Source: a virus. Taken from it: DNA of 64,000 nucleotides. The notes beneath the pieces are model-generated. The model searched no databases, was not told the DNA's origin, and saw only the letters and a list, made by a program, of their open reading frames with translations. The position numbers were made by a program, and so were the translations under genes. Where the stretch lies: IMG/VR virus record IMGVR_UViG_3300037240_000024, positions 152 to 64,151 of that record; one strand, 5' to 3'. This document shows, piece after piece, positions 20,314-28,571 of the stretch (its first letter is position 1; the number at the start of each line of letters is the position of its first letter).

Positions 20314-20508
20314 GTGGCCGCGTTCAAAGCGCTCGGCTACACGCTCTCGGCGCGCGCCCTGCTTTTGCTGGCGCTTCTGGGAGCGTTCGTGCTGGCGATT
20401 ATGGCGATTATCCAGCAAACCCCCGCGTCCTTGGAGGTTTTGATCGCCTATGCTATCTTCACGGTCATTCCGGTGGCCTACCTCGAAACCCGCCGGAACG
20501 GTCGATAA
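20314..20508 (+). CDS. small two-TM membrane protein (holin-like)
   Basis: Two hydrophobic stretches and basic C-terminus RRNGR; start uncertain. Confidence 0.5.
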   Translation: MAAFKALGYTLSARALLLLALLGAFVLAIMAIIQQTPASLEVLIAYAIFTVIPVAYLETRRNGR

Positions 20509-20544
20509 ACAGGCCACGACCTGACATAAAACCAGGAGTTCGAC

Positions 20545-21186
20545 GTGTACATCCCCGGCACGAAAACACAGACGAACTCCGACCCATTCTATGACGCCTC
20601 GGGCACGATTACGACGGGCGGCACGCCGCAGCTTATCCGGCCGATGGTGCCGAGCTGCTCGCATTTCGTCATTCAGAACCTCTCGTCCGCGAATTCGATG
20701 TACGTTGAGTTTGGATCAGCGCGCGCCACCGCCGCGCTCTCCAGCGGGACGATCTCCGCGATTACTGTGACGAACGGCGGTTTCGGCTTCACCTACCCGC
20801 CCGTCGTGCGCTTCGCCGGTGGCGGTCATGCCGGGAACATGAAGTATCTCGGGCTTAATCAGCCGGGCGGCGACGGGCCGACCTCGACGCAAGTGAAGGG
20901 TCGAACGGCCATCGCGCACGCTGTCCTGACCTCCGGCGTCGTCACTTCGATCGTCATCGACGACCCCGGCGCCGGCTACGTGATCGCGCCCTATGTCTTT
21001 ATCGCCAACACGGGCCTCGACCCTTACGGCTGCGCCAATCCGTTCTTCGGCTCGGCGGTCTCCGGCATTCTGCTCGGCGCCGGCGGCGGCTCCTATTATT
21101 CGAACGGCACAGTCTGCACGACCGACCCCATCTCGATTTATTGCAGCGCCTCGGCGCAACCCTTCACGTTCAAGTGGATGGTCTAA
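20545..21186 (+). CDS. virion structural protein with GxGYxxxP repeats
   Basis: GGFGFTYPP and GAGYVIAP repeats; RBS AGGAG. Confidence 0.65.
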   Translation: MYIPGTKTQTNSDPFYDASGTITTGGTPQLIRPMVPSCSHFVIQNLSSANSMYVEFGSARATAALSSGTISAITVTNGGFGFTYPPVVRFAGGGHAGNMKYLGLNQPGGDGPTSTQVKGRTAIAHAVLTSGVVTSIVIDDPGAGYVIAPYVFIANTGLDPYGCANPFFGSAVSGILLGAGGGSYYSNGTVCTTDPISIYCSASAQPFTFKWMV

Positions 21187-21780
21187 ATGGCTGCTCCGGC
21201 GCTCACCAATTACGCGGACGGCGTCGGCGCGGTAAACGGCGACAACCTCAACACGTTCGTTCAAGGCGGCGTGCTGTTGGCGCAGCTTCAACTTTTCCCC
21301 GGCGCATGGAACGGCCAAGTCGTCTATCTCGGCGGTTACACCTCGACGGGTGACGGCGGTCAAGGTTTTTTCTGGTGGAACTCCACATCCACCGCGACGA
21401 GCAACGGGGTGACGGTCATCGTTCCGTACGGAACGGTCGGCTATGGGGCCTGGCTGCGTCTTAACGACAACTCCGCTGGGGTATCGACGTTTCGGTACGT
21501 CACCGCAGGAACGAGCGACGTAGCGCGTTCAGTGGACTCAACGATCGTTTGGAAATCCACGGTCACGTCGGGCAAAACGGAAGTGCTCCCAGCGGCGAAC
21601 ATCTTGACGGCGGGGACGACGATGACTGTGAAAGACGGGAATTACACGTCGGCGAGCTACCCGATCACGGTGACTTCGACGGCGAGCACGATAGACTCGA
21701 ATCCCTCGGACATAATTCAGCAGAACGGCGCGTCGCGTAGCTATCGCACGGATGGCGTGTCGAATTGGGTGATCGTATGA
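21187..21780 (+). CDS. tail-spike anchor-like protein (no signal peptide)
   Basis: GVGAVNGDNLNTF...GYTSTGDGGQGFFWW N-terminal module of the tail-spike head-binding type; C-terminal TLP...KD...IDS...TDGVSNW fibre-tip-like domain. Confidence 0.6.
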   Translation: MAAPALTNYADGVGAVNGDNLNTFVQGGVLLAQLQLFPGAWNGQVVYLGGYTSTGDGGQGFFWWNSTSTATSNGVTVIVPYGTVGYGAWLRLNDNSAGVSTFRYVTAGTSDVARSVDSTIVWKSTVTSGKTEVLPAANILTAGTTMTVKDGNYTSASYPITVTSTASTIDSNPSDIIQQNGASRSYRTDGVSNWVIV

Positions 21781-23240
21781 AGCCTGTCGCTAAAAATCTT
21801 GCGTTGGCCGCGCTTCTTTTGGCAGGAACATCTCTGTCGTCAATGGATTTCGCTCGCGCGGCGTTCGATCCGCTTGACCCGCAGGCGACGGACAGCATTC
21901 AGATCTCTCCAACATTCTGCCCGTTCGCGCAATTGACGGGCACGATACCGAACGACGCCTGCATTCAGAGCGCCATAAATTACGCTTGCTCCACGGCGAA
22001 CAGCCACACTGGAAACAACGCCGGAACGCTCATATTCACCAGGGCTAACTACTATATCAAATTCGGCGTTAACGTCCCCGCCAGTTGCGCCGGTCTTTAT
22101 TTCAAAGGTCAGGGCGCGGGAAATGGATACACGGCTAACGCCAACACTTACATTTTCTCGGACAATAATTGTACGGGACCCATACTTAATTTCTACTCCG
22201 ACGCCACACAGAATTATGTGTACGGTGGTGGAGTGAGAGACATTGCGTTTTACAACGCCCCCTTCAACGGTCTCCGCGACGGGAGCGTATCTTGCAAATA
22301 CCCGCTTATACAAGCGTCTTATGGCGAGTTCATGAATTTTGAAAACATCTATTCGTGGCTGGCTTATCAGCAAATAAAACTGGTAGGCGGCATCCACAGC
22401 AAGATTGATTTTATGTTCTTGGATCAAGTGCTCCAAGACAGTCCCGGCGCACTCGAATTTATGGGTACAGGCGCTTCTTCAAAGTCTAGCACGGCTCCGC
22501 ACACTCGGCAGGACGCCGTGCTTGTCCGAAAAGTATTCGGTGGCGGATCAGCCACTATCCAAGCCGGGCATAAACTCTTTACCGGAATTTGGTGGCACGC
22601 CTTTAGCGACACGCTGGAGTTACAAGACATCACTTTTGAGAACACAAACAACGTCATCAAGATCGACTGCACGGGTGGCGGCGCCGCTGACATATCGGCG
22701 TGTCCTGCGTTTTTGCAGGCGTTTGACATTCAGGGGGAGGGGGCAGGCGGAAATCTTTTCGACGCTCAGGATTTTCAACATCTGAGCATCACAGACTCCT
22801 ATTTCCATTGTTTTGAAGCCAGTCTCTACGGCGGTTGCAACGACGCCATGTTTTTGAGAAATGGTATTTTCTCTCAAACTTCCGGCGTCCAAATTAAAGG
22901 CGGTCAATTCGATTCGGGTCAACACGCTGGCATAGAGGCCGAAATACAGGGCTTAAATATCTCGGGAGCTTCGCTATTTAACAACAATTTGGGAAATAGC
23001 GGCGGAGCCGACATAGGCGTCAACACGCCAGGGGCGGGACATCTATCCGGTCAAATCAGCATAGCGAATAACTTCTTCTGCCTAAGTTCAGGAAACACGC
23101 TCAGCGAGGTGGCCGTTTTATTTTCTAACGGCTTGGATTACTTGCAAGCCACGCAGAATATGTTTGACGGATGCGGAAGCGGCGTTGTGAACAACTCCGG
23201 CGGAAGCCACGTCACTGTCACCCCGAACGTGGGCCCGTAA
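21777..23240 (+). CDS. pectin-lyase-like beta-helix protein (tail-spike/depolymerase-like) with Sec signal peptide
   Basis: NDACIQSAINYA cap motif then N/G/S-rich beta-helix; N-terminus MKPVAKNLALAALLLAGTSLSSMDFARA. Confidence 0.65.
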   Translation: MKPVAKNLALAALLLAGTSLSSMDFARAAFDPLDPQATDSIQISPTFCPFAQLTGTIPNDACIQSAINYACSTANSHTGNNAGTLIFTRANYYIKFGVNVPASCAGLYFKGQGAGNGYTANANTYIFSDNNCTGPILNFYSDATQNYVYGGGVRDIAFYNAPFNGLRDGSVSCKYPLIQASYGEFMNFENIYSWLAYQQIKLVGGIHSKIDFMFLDQVLQDSPGALEFMGTGASSKSSTAPHTRQDAVLVRKVFGGGSATIQAGHKLFTGIWWHAFSDTLELQDITFENTNNVIKIDCTGGGAADISACPAFLQAFDIQGEGAGGNLFDAQDFQHLSITDSYFHCFEASLYGGCNDAMFLRNGIFSQTSGVQIKGGQFDSGQHAGIEAEIQGLNISGASLFNNNLGNSGGADIGVNTPGAGHLSGQISIANNFFCLSSGNTLSEVAVLFSNGLDYLQATQNMFDGCGSGVVNNSGGSHVTVTPNVGP

Positions 23241-23243
23241 GCC

Positions 23244-23609
23244 ATGGCCAATCCGGCGCCTGCAAATTTTCAGAACGGCGTCGGCGCGGTCAGCGGCGAC
23301 AATCTCAACACGTTCCCGCAGGTGGTTTTCAATCTGGCGCAACTCCGAACTTTCACCGGCGTCGCCAGTTCGGTCGCCTTCGTTCTTGGAGCGGTGGCGC
23401 CGAACGACGGCGGCCAGTCTTTCTATTTCTATCAGTCGAGCGGTTCTTACGTGGACAATGGGACGTCGGTGATCGTTCCGTACTTTTCTTTGACGGGGGC
23501 GTGGATTCAGATCCAATTCTCTCTTAACGGCGCGGCCTACCCGACTTCTAATCCTGGCGCCGGGTCCGGTCTGATTTGGAATAATCAGGGGTTTCTATGC
23601 GTAGCCTAA
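23244..23609 (+). CDS. second tail-spike anchor-like protein, paralog of the 21187..21780 N-terminus
   Basis: GVGAVSGDNLNTF...PNDGGQSFYFY. Confidence 0.6.
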   Translation: MANPAPANFQNGVGAVSGDNLNTFPQVVFNLAQLRTFTGVASSVAFVLGAVAPNDGGQSFYFYQSSGSYVDNGTSVIVPYFSLTGAWIQIQFSLNGAAYPTSNPGAGSGLIWNNQGFLCVA

Positions 23610-25633
23610 AGAACGCCATTCTCTACGCGCCGCTTGTCGTGGTGTTGGCGTCAATCGCGCCGAAACCGGCGCTCGCCGCCGGCTCGACCTATCTGCCGTC
23701 GATTGGCTGCACAGGCTACCCGTACGGCCACACGACCAGTAATCCGATCACCTGCTCCCCGACGATCCCTTCGGGGGATCTGGGGCCGGGGGCGGCGGCG
23801 ACAAATCTTGGCGTAAATCAAGTGTCTCCGACCGAACCGCGATACGGTGGGGTTTGCGACGGCAGCACGGTTGACACGGCGGCTTTCGACGCCGCCATCA
23901 CGGCCTCTACGCTTATTGTCCTTCCGGCCGGTAAAACCTGCCTCGTGGGGAACCTCGTTCTCACCAGTCGGCAGGTTCTGGATTGCAACAATTCCTTGCT
24001 CAACGCCGCGCCCGGCGCGCTGTGGATAGTGAAGAAAACAGGTTTTGCGTCTCAGATCAGAAACTGCCTTTTTAGCGATCCGACTTTGATTACGATGCAG
24101 ACGACGACGCTTTCGTCGGGCGTCGCGTCGGGCGTCAACATCCTCCCTGTCGTGAGCGCGGCGACGTTCCAAGCCAACATGATCGCCACGGTGCAGCTCG
24201 CCAGTGGAGCTTACTGGACGAGCAAGGTTACTTCCGTGAATGTGGGCGGCAATACGATCACTTTGGCGGACCCGATCCCTTGGACCGTGACAGCCATCGC
24301 GGTCGGCAGTGGCGGGACAGGCTGGGGTAGTGACGAAGCGGTGTTGTTGGGTGTGGATGGTGCTCCGACGACGCTAGGTTTGACGACTACAGCAGGGGCG
24401 ATAACGGGTGTGACGATCGATGCTCCGGGGCTCTACCAGTTGAATCCCGGCTCTCCGCTCGCGCCTTTCGATCCAAAAGCACCGGCCGCCTTCGGGGCGA
24501 GCCTCAACGTCACTTATGGCGGCGCGCTTGCCGGCGCGTTTGTGGACGCGGCTTTTGGTGTAGTGACCGACGATCAGGCCAATGGCGGGACGATCGAGAA
24601 CGTCACCATCGGCGAAGCCCCAGTCGGGCTTGAGGTACTTGCCTCGATCGGAACGACTACGGAAGAAAACATCCGGAGTTTTAACGTAAACGCTGCAATC
24701 TTGACCGCTTTTGCCAAATTGTCAGGGGTTAACAACACGGTTTTCGACAAACTTATCGGCACCGGCTTCACGCATCACGCATCGGCTTACGGCGCAACTG
24801 GACTTTATATTGAAGGTGATAGTCGCACCTACGCCAATGGTGGCAATACTTACGATTTTTGGACACTCGGGTTTGAAACCGGGATGTTGGATATGAACGG
24901 CCAGCTAGATCACATTCTGCACGGGATCGTAGATACGAACAGAAACTACGGAATGGTGTGCATCGGCTGTCAGTACACCGATTTCGTACACTTATTCGCT
25001 TCTTTCACCGGGCCAAACGCCATTCCATCTCTTGGTTCTACGGCCGGCAAAGGCATAGGCGCATACTTTGGTAGTGGCGCAGTCAATCCGGCGATTAACG
25101 ATTCAGTCACTAAGCTCACCTCATCTAATAATGTCTCAGACCTGCACTTCGGAGATGGTGCGGGGAGCGTGAAGATCGGCGAGCCGTGGGGGCCATCCAA
25201 GATTATGACCACGCCGAATACCGGGTCGATTTCGCTCTACTCGTCCACGGCGATCGTGGCGTTCTCGACTTTGCAGGTTGGCGGCCTGACGACGCCTCGC
25301 TATTTGGCTCCCGGCAACATCTCTGCGACACAAACAGTGTCGGCGCTCGCCGGGGTTTACGGAATGATTTCCGGTGGCTCGATCAGAAGCTCAATCGCGC
25401 CGGGAGTGGACACATACACGGCCATCATCTACACGAACCAATGGAGTGGAAGCGCCTATCTGGGCTGGAATTCTGTCGGCTCTTGCACCTGGACGAGCAC
25501 AGCGACGGGGTGTAACATCAACAACTCGGGCGTGGTGATCGCGCCACTGGATCAGATCGATCTTGGGTTAGCGACGTCAGGTGCGACGTTTGTCGCTAAT
25601 CAGACGATTACAGCGCAAGTGACGGGGCAGTGA
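23597..25633 (+). CDS. beta-helix tail-spike-like protein with Sec signal peptide
   Basis: GGVCDGSTVDTAAFDAAI pectate_lyase_3-like cap; N-terminus MRSLKNAILYAPLVVVLASIAPKPALA. Confidence 0.65.
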   Translation: MRSLKNAILYAPLVVVLASIAPKPALAAGSTYLPSIGCTGYPYGHTTSNPITCSPTIPSGDLGPGAAATNLGVNQVSPTEPRYGGVCDGSTVDTAAFDAAITASTLIVLPAGKTCLVGNLVLTSRQVLDCNNSLLNAAPGALWIVKKTGFASQIRNCLFSDPTLITMQTTTLSSGVASGVNILPVVSAATFQANMIATVQLASGAYWTSKVTSVNVGGNTITLADPIPWTVTAIAVGSGGTGWGSDEAVLLGVDGAPTTLGLTTTAGAITGVTIDAPGLYQLNPGSPLAPFDPKAPAAFGASLNVTYGGALAGAFVDAAFGVVTDDQANGGTIENVTIGEAPVGLEVLASIGTTTEENIRSFNVNAAILTAFAKLSGVNNTVFDKLIGTGFTHHASAYGATGLYIEGDSRTYANGGNTYDFWTLGFETGMLDMNGQLDHILHGIVDTNRNYGMVCIGCQYTDFVHLFASFTGPNAIPSLGSTAGKGIGAYFGSGAVNPAINDSVTKLTSSNNVSDLHFGDGAGSVKIGEPWGPSKIMTTPNTGSISLYSSTAIVAFSTLQVGGLTTPRYLAPGNISATQTVSALAGVYGMISGGSIRSSIAPGVDTYTAIIYTNQWSGSAYLGWNSVGSCTWTSTATGCNINNSGVVIAPLDQIDLGLATSGATFVANQTITAQVTGQ

Positions 25634-25645
25634 CGGGGCAGTGAC
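25619..25645. repeat. 11-bp tandem duplication GTGACGGGGCA x2 + GTGAC
   Basis: Read directly at the gene junction. Confidence 0.85.
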
Positions 25646-25993
25646 GTGCTGAAATCCGTTTTGATCGTTTTGCTTTTGTCTTGCGCGCCCGCGCAGGCGC
25701 AGTACTTTCCATGCCCCTCCTTCACGGCCGGTTGGGCGGTCAGCGGGCCAGTGCCGATCACGTCGGTCGCCTATGACCAGCAGACGCAGATCCTGTCGGT
25801 CGTCTGGTACGCCACGCAGCCGACGCAGTACTATCCGGTGCCGCTCAGCGTCATGCAGGCGTTTAATGGTTCCCACAATCTTCTCGCCACTTTCAACGCC
25901 TACGTCTCGGGACGCTATCATCCGATCTGGCTTCAGGAGAAGTCGAACTGCCCGGTCCTTCAGGATGGAGGGGGTTACATATGGGTCGACTGA
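25646..25993 (+). CDS. KTSC-domain-like protein with signal peptide
   Basis: ITSVAYDQQTQILSVVW...YYPVP...F...FNAYVSGRY matches the KTSC pattern; N-terminus MLKSVLIVLLLSCAPAQA. Confidence 0.6.
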   Translation: MLKSVLIVLLLSCAPAQAQYFPCPSFTAGWAVSGPVPITSVAYDQQTQILSVVWYATQPTQYYPVPLSVMQAFNGSHNLLATFNAYVSGRYHPIWLQEKSNCPVLQDGGGYIWVD

Positions 25994-28560
25994 GGACGGC
26001 ACTCCTAGCCCTTATGGCCTCCATGGCGCCGGTGTTCGCTCAGCAAGCGCCCAGCACCGTCACGAACATGCCGTTCGCTTCGACGCCGCTCAGCGGGTCG
26101 GAACTGCTTTATCTTGTTCAAAACGGCAACCCGAGAAAAACGACCGTCGGGAGCCTCTCCTTCTCAGCGATCAATAATTTGCTGACGATGCCACAAACAG
26201 TAAGAGGAAACTGGACGTTCACCGTTCCAATAACGGTTGCCGTTCCGCAGGCGCTTACAACGCCGCTGGATGTCACGTCTGGTGGAACCGGAAACGCGAC
26301 TGGCAGTCTATCGGCTCTGATGGCCACGCCAGCTAGAGGCAGCTTAGCGTCTACGTTATCGACGATTCTTGGACGCATCGTCAGTATTGACGACGCCCTT
26401 GGCATTCACGCGAACGGCTTGACCGACGACACGCCTACGGCACAGACCCTCTTGAACGCGGTAGGGGCGAGCGGGGGCGGAACGGTCCTCGTCGGCCCGC
26501 ACCAGTATGCGCTCAACCCGGCGATCATCGCAGGCCAGCAGCCCACGGCGGCCCTGTTCAACACATCGGGTTTCACGCTTCTCATCCCGAACGCCAACAC
26601 GCTTTTTCAGGCCGGAAGCGCGATCACGCTGACAGGTTTCGCGGCACCGCTGGCGCAGCTTAATGGGACTTGGAGCGTCAGTTCGGCGGGATCGAGCAGC
26701 CTTGTCGTCCTTACGGCTTTGACGGGAACGCAGACGCAGACCAGCACGGGGCTCGGGTCGCTCTACTCCGTTCTGTCCATCCCCTCGAACGTGAAACTGG
26801 TCTGTCCGAAGGCGCTCTCCGGTATTCCGCCGTCTGGCATGACCTACGGCCAGTTGCCTTATACCTTCCTGACCTCGGGGTTTGGCACAGTCTCTCCGCA
26901 GCGAAATGCCGGCTTCTACGGCTGCAACGTCGTCAACGCGGCAGTCGCCAATTCAATCATCTCGACGACGACGATCCGGCAGAACATTAATGTCCAGCAG
27001 GCGTTTTTAGGGACGGGTGTTTACGTTGGATCGTCGGACGTTGAATTGCAAGATTTGCTCATCGTCGGACACAGCGTCGGCGTCAATTCGCAAGGTGGCG
27101 CGCGGGGGCGATGGTCGCACCTGAATATCGACGCGACGCAATGTACTAACACGAACAATTCGCACGACATTTCGCATTACCTAGATTTGCACTGCTTTCC
27201 GTTTGCGACGGGCGGAGCCAACCAGTTCGCGTCAGGGGCGATCACTGGCGTTGCCGACAATGGTGCGGGCTTGTGGCGGGTCAGCACGTCTTTCGCATCT
27301 CAGGTCGTCGTCGGCGATACGGTTTATGTTGCGGCGACAGTCGGCGCAGGTTCGGCGAACAATACTTGGACCGTCGCCGCCACGGACGGCGCAACTTATA
27401 TCGACCTCGCCGCCAGTAATTCGGCGGGAACCAGCACTTATACGGGCGCGACGACGAACACGTCCTATTGCCTTGAAGGCATGACCGGGACCGCAGGTAT
27501 AGGCGTCGGCGATAATATCAGCGGGACGAATATCCCCGCCGCCTCCACCGTGACCGCCGTCATTCCCCGGCAGAACGCCGTTTGCATCAGCAACAAGATG
27601 ACGGCGACCGCAGCCGGCGTGGCTATCACGACGACGCCGATTGCCTATTCGACAGGTGGCAACGTCTATCTCGACGCTTCCAAACGCAGCGGATACGGCC
27701 ACTCGTGGACGGATGGAGAAGCTAACGTATGTGTCGATTGCTTCTCCTACGATCACGAGACGGGCTTTTACATTGGAGCACTCGCGTCGTGGACGACGCT
27801 GACGAACATTAAGGTTGATAACTACATCAGCGAGCATGACGTAAACAGCGTCTGCATCCAGATTGATGGATCGTCGGTAGGGACGCTGATTTCGGGGGGC
27901 AGCACGCAGTCCTGCGCGGTCCCGTTGCTGGGAACGTCTACCAACGCCAATCAAGCGCATATCATCACGGGCATGGTGCTAAACGGCCTCGACCGGCGCT
28001 TGGAGTTGGCGACGGGACGGTATGAAATCGGCTTAAATTCCGGCAACTCCCTGCCCAACTTCGTCGGCGATAACGTCGGCTATCTCGGCTACAACATGAA
28101 CGACTTCGGCGCGTCGTGGCAGTTCGCGACCTCCAACGGGCAAACGGCAGTCGAGCCGTTCGGAAATTCGTTCTCGGGAAGCAACGTTTTTCAGGGTCAG
28201 TTCTACCTAAATGGCATCGTCAGCATGGGTGGCAACGGCACGCGCTGCGGCCAATTTAATACATGCGTGGTTTCAACAACTGGCCCTACAGTGGACGCGA
28301 CCGTGAACGTCAGCGCCTGCTCTTCCACACCACAGTCGGGCAATGCCGGTTCGGTCGCATGCAGCAACACAACAACGGCACCTGCAACCTTCCCGTCCAT
28401 CGCGGCAAACGGACAGAAATTCAGCTTCCTGTTTCAAAACGCCGTCACGGTGACGTGGGCGTCAGGCAGCGGAACGGTGGGCGCGGCCTGTCCTGCTTCC
28501 GTGCTGGCGGGGCAGATGGTCAGTGCTGAGGCGTATGGCGGCGTTTGGTACTGTCGATGA
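25981..28560 (+). CDS. beta-helix tail-spike-like protein with Sec signal peptide
   Basis: HANGLTDDTPTAQTLLNAVGASGGGTVLV cap motif; N-terminus MGRLRTALLALMASMAPVFA. Confidence 0.65.
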   Translation: MGRLRTALLALMASMAPVFAQQAPSTVTNMPFASTPLSGSELLYLVQNGNPRKTTVGSLSFSAINNLLTMPQTVRGNWTFTVPITVAVPQALTTPLDVTSGGTGNATGSLSALMATPARGSLASTLSTILGRIVSIDDALGIHANGLTDDTPTAQTLLNAVGASGGGTVLVGPHQYALNPAIIAGQQPTAALFNTSGFTLLIPNANTLFQAGSAITLTGFAAPLAQLNGTWSVSSAGSSSLVVLTALTGTQTQTSTGLGSLYSVLSIPSNVKLVCPKALSGIPPSGMTYGQLPYTFLTSGFGTVSPQRNAGFYGCNVVNAAVANSIISTTTIRQNINVQQAFLGTGVYVGSSDVELQDLLIVGHSVGVNSQGGARGRWSHLNIDATQCTNTNNSHDISHYLDLHCFPFATGGANQFASGAITGVADNGAGLWRVSTSFASQVVVGDTVYVAATVGAGSANNTWTVAATDGATYIDLAASNSAGTSTYTGATTNTSYCLEGMTGTAGIGVGDNISGTNIPAASTVTAVIPRQNAVCISNKMTATAAGVAITTTPIAYSTGGNVYLDASKRSGYGHSWTDGEANVCVDCFSYDHETGFYIGALASWTTLTNIKVDNYISEHDVNSVCIQIDGSSVGTLISGGSTQSCAVPLLGTSTNANQAHIITGMVLNGLDRRLELATGRYEIGLNSGNSLPNFVGDNVGYLGYNMNDFGASWQFATSNGQTAVEPFGNSFSGSNVFQGQFYLNGIVSMGGNGTRCGQFNTCVVSTTGPTVDATVNVSACSSTPQSGNAGSVACSNTTTAPATFPSIAANGQKFSFLFQNAVTVTWASGSGTVGAACPASVLAGQMVSAEAYGGVWYCR

Positions 28561-28571
28561 TTGGAAATTTC

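Noticed and set aside
23586-23609. Programmed -1 frameshift fusing anchor and beta-helix genes
   Set aside because: GGG TTT in the anchor frame is not an X XXY YYZ slippery site; no slippery site at 21777 either; fusion would bury a signal peptide
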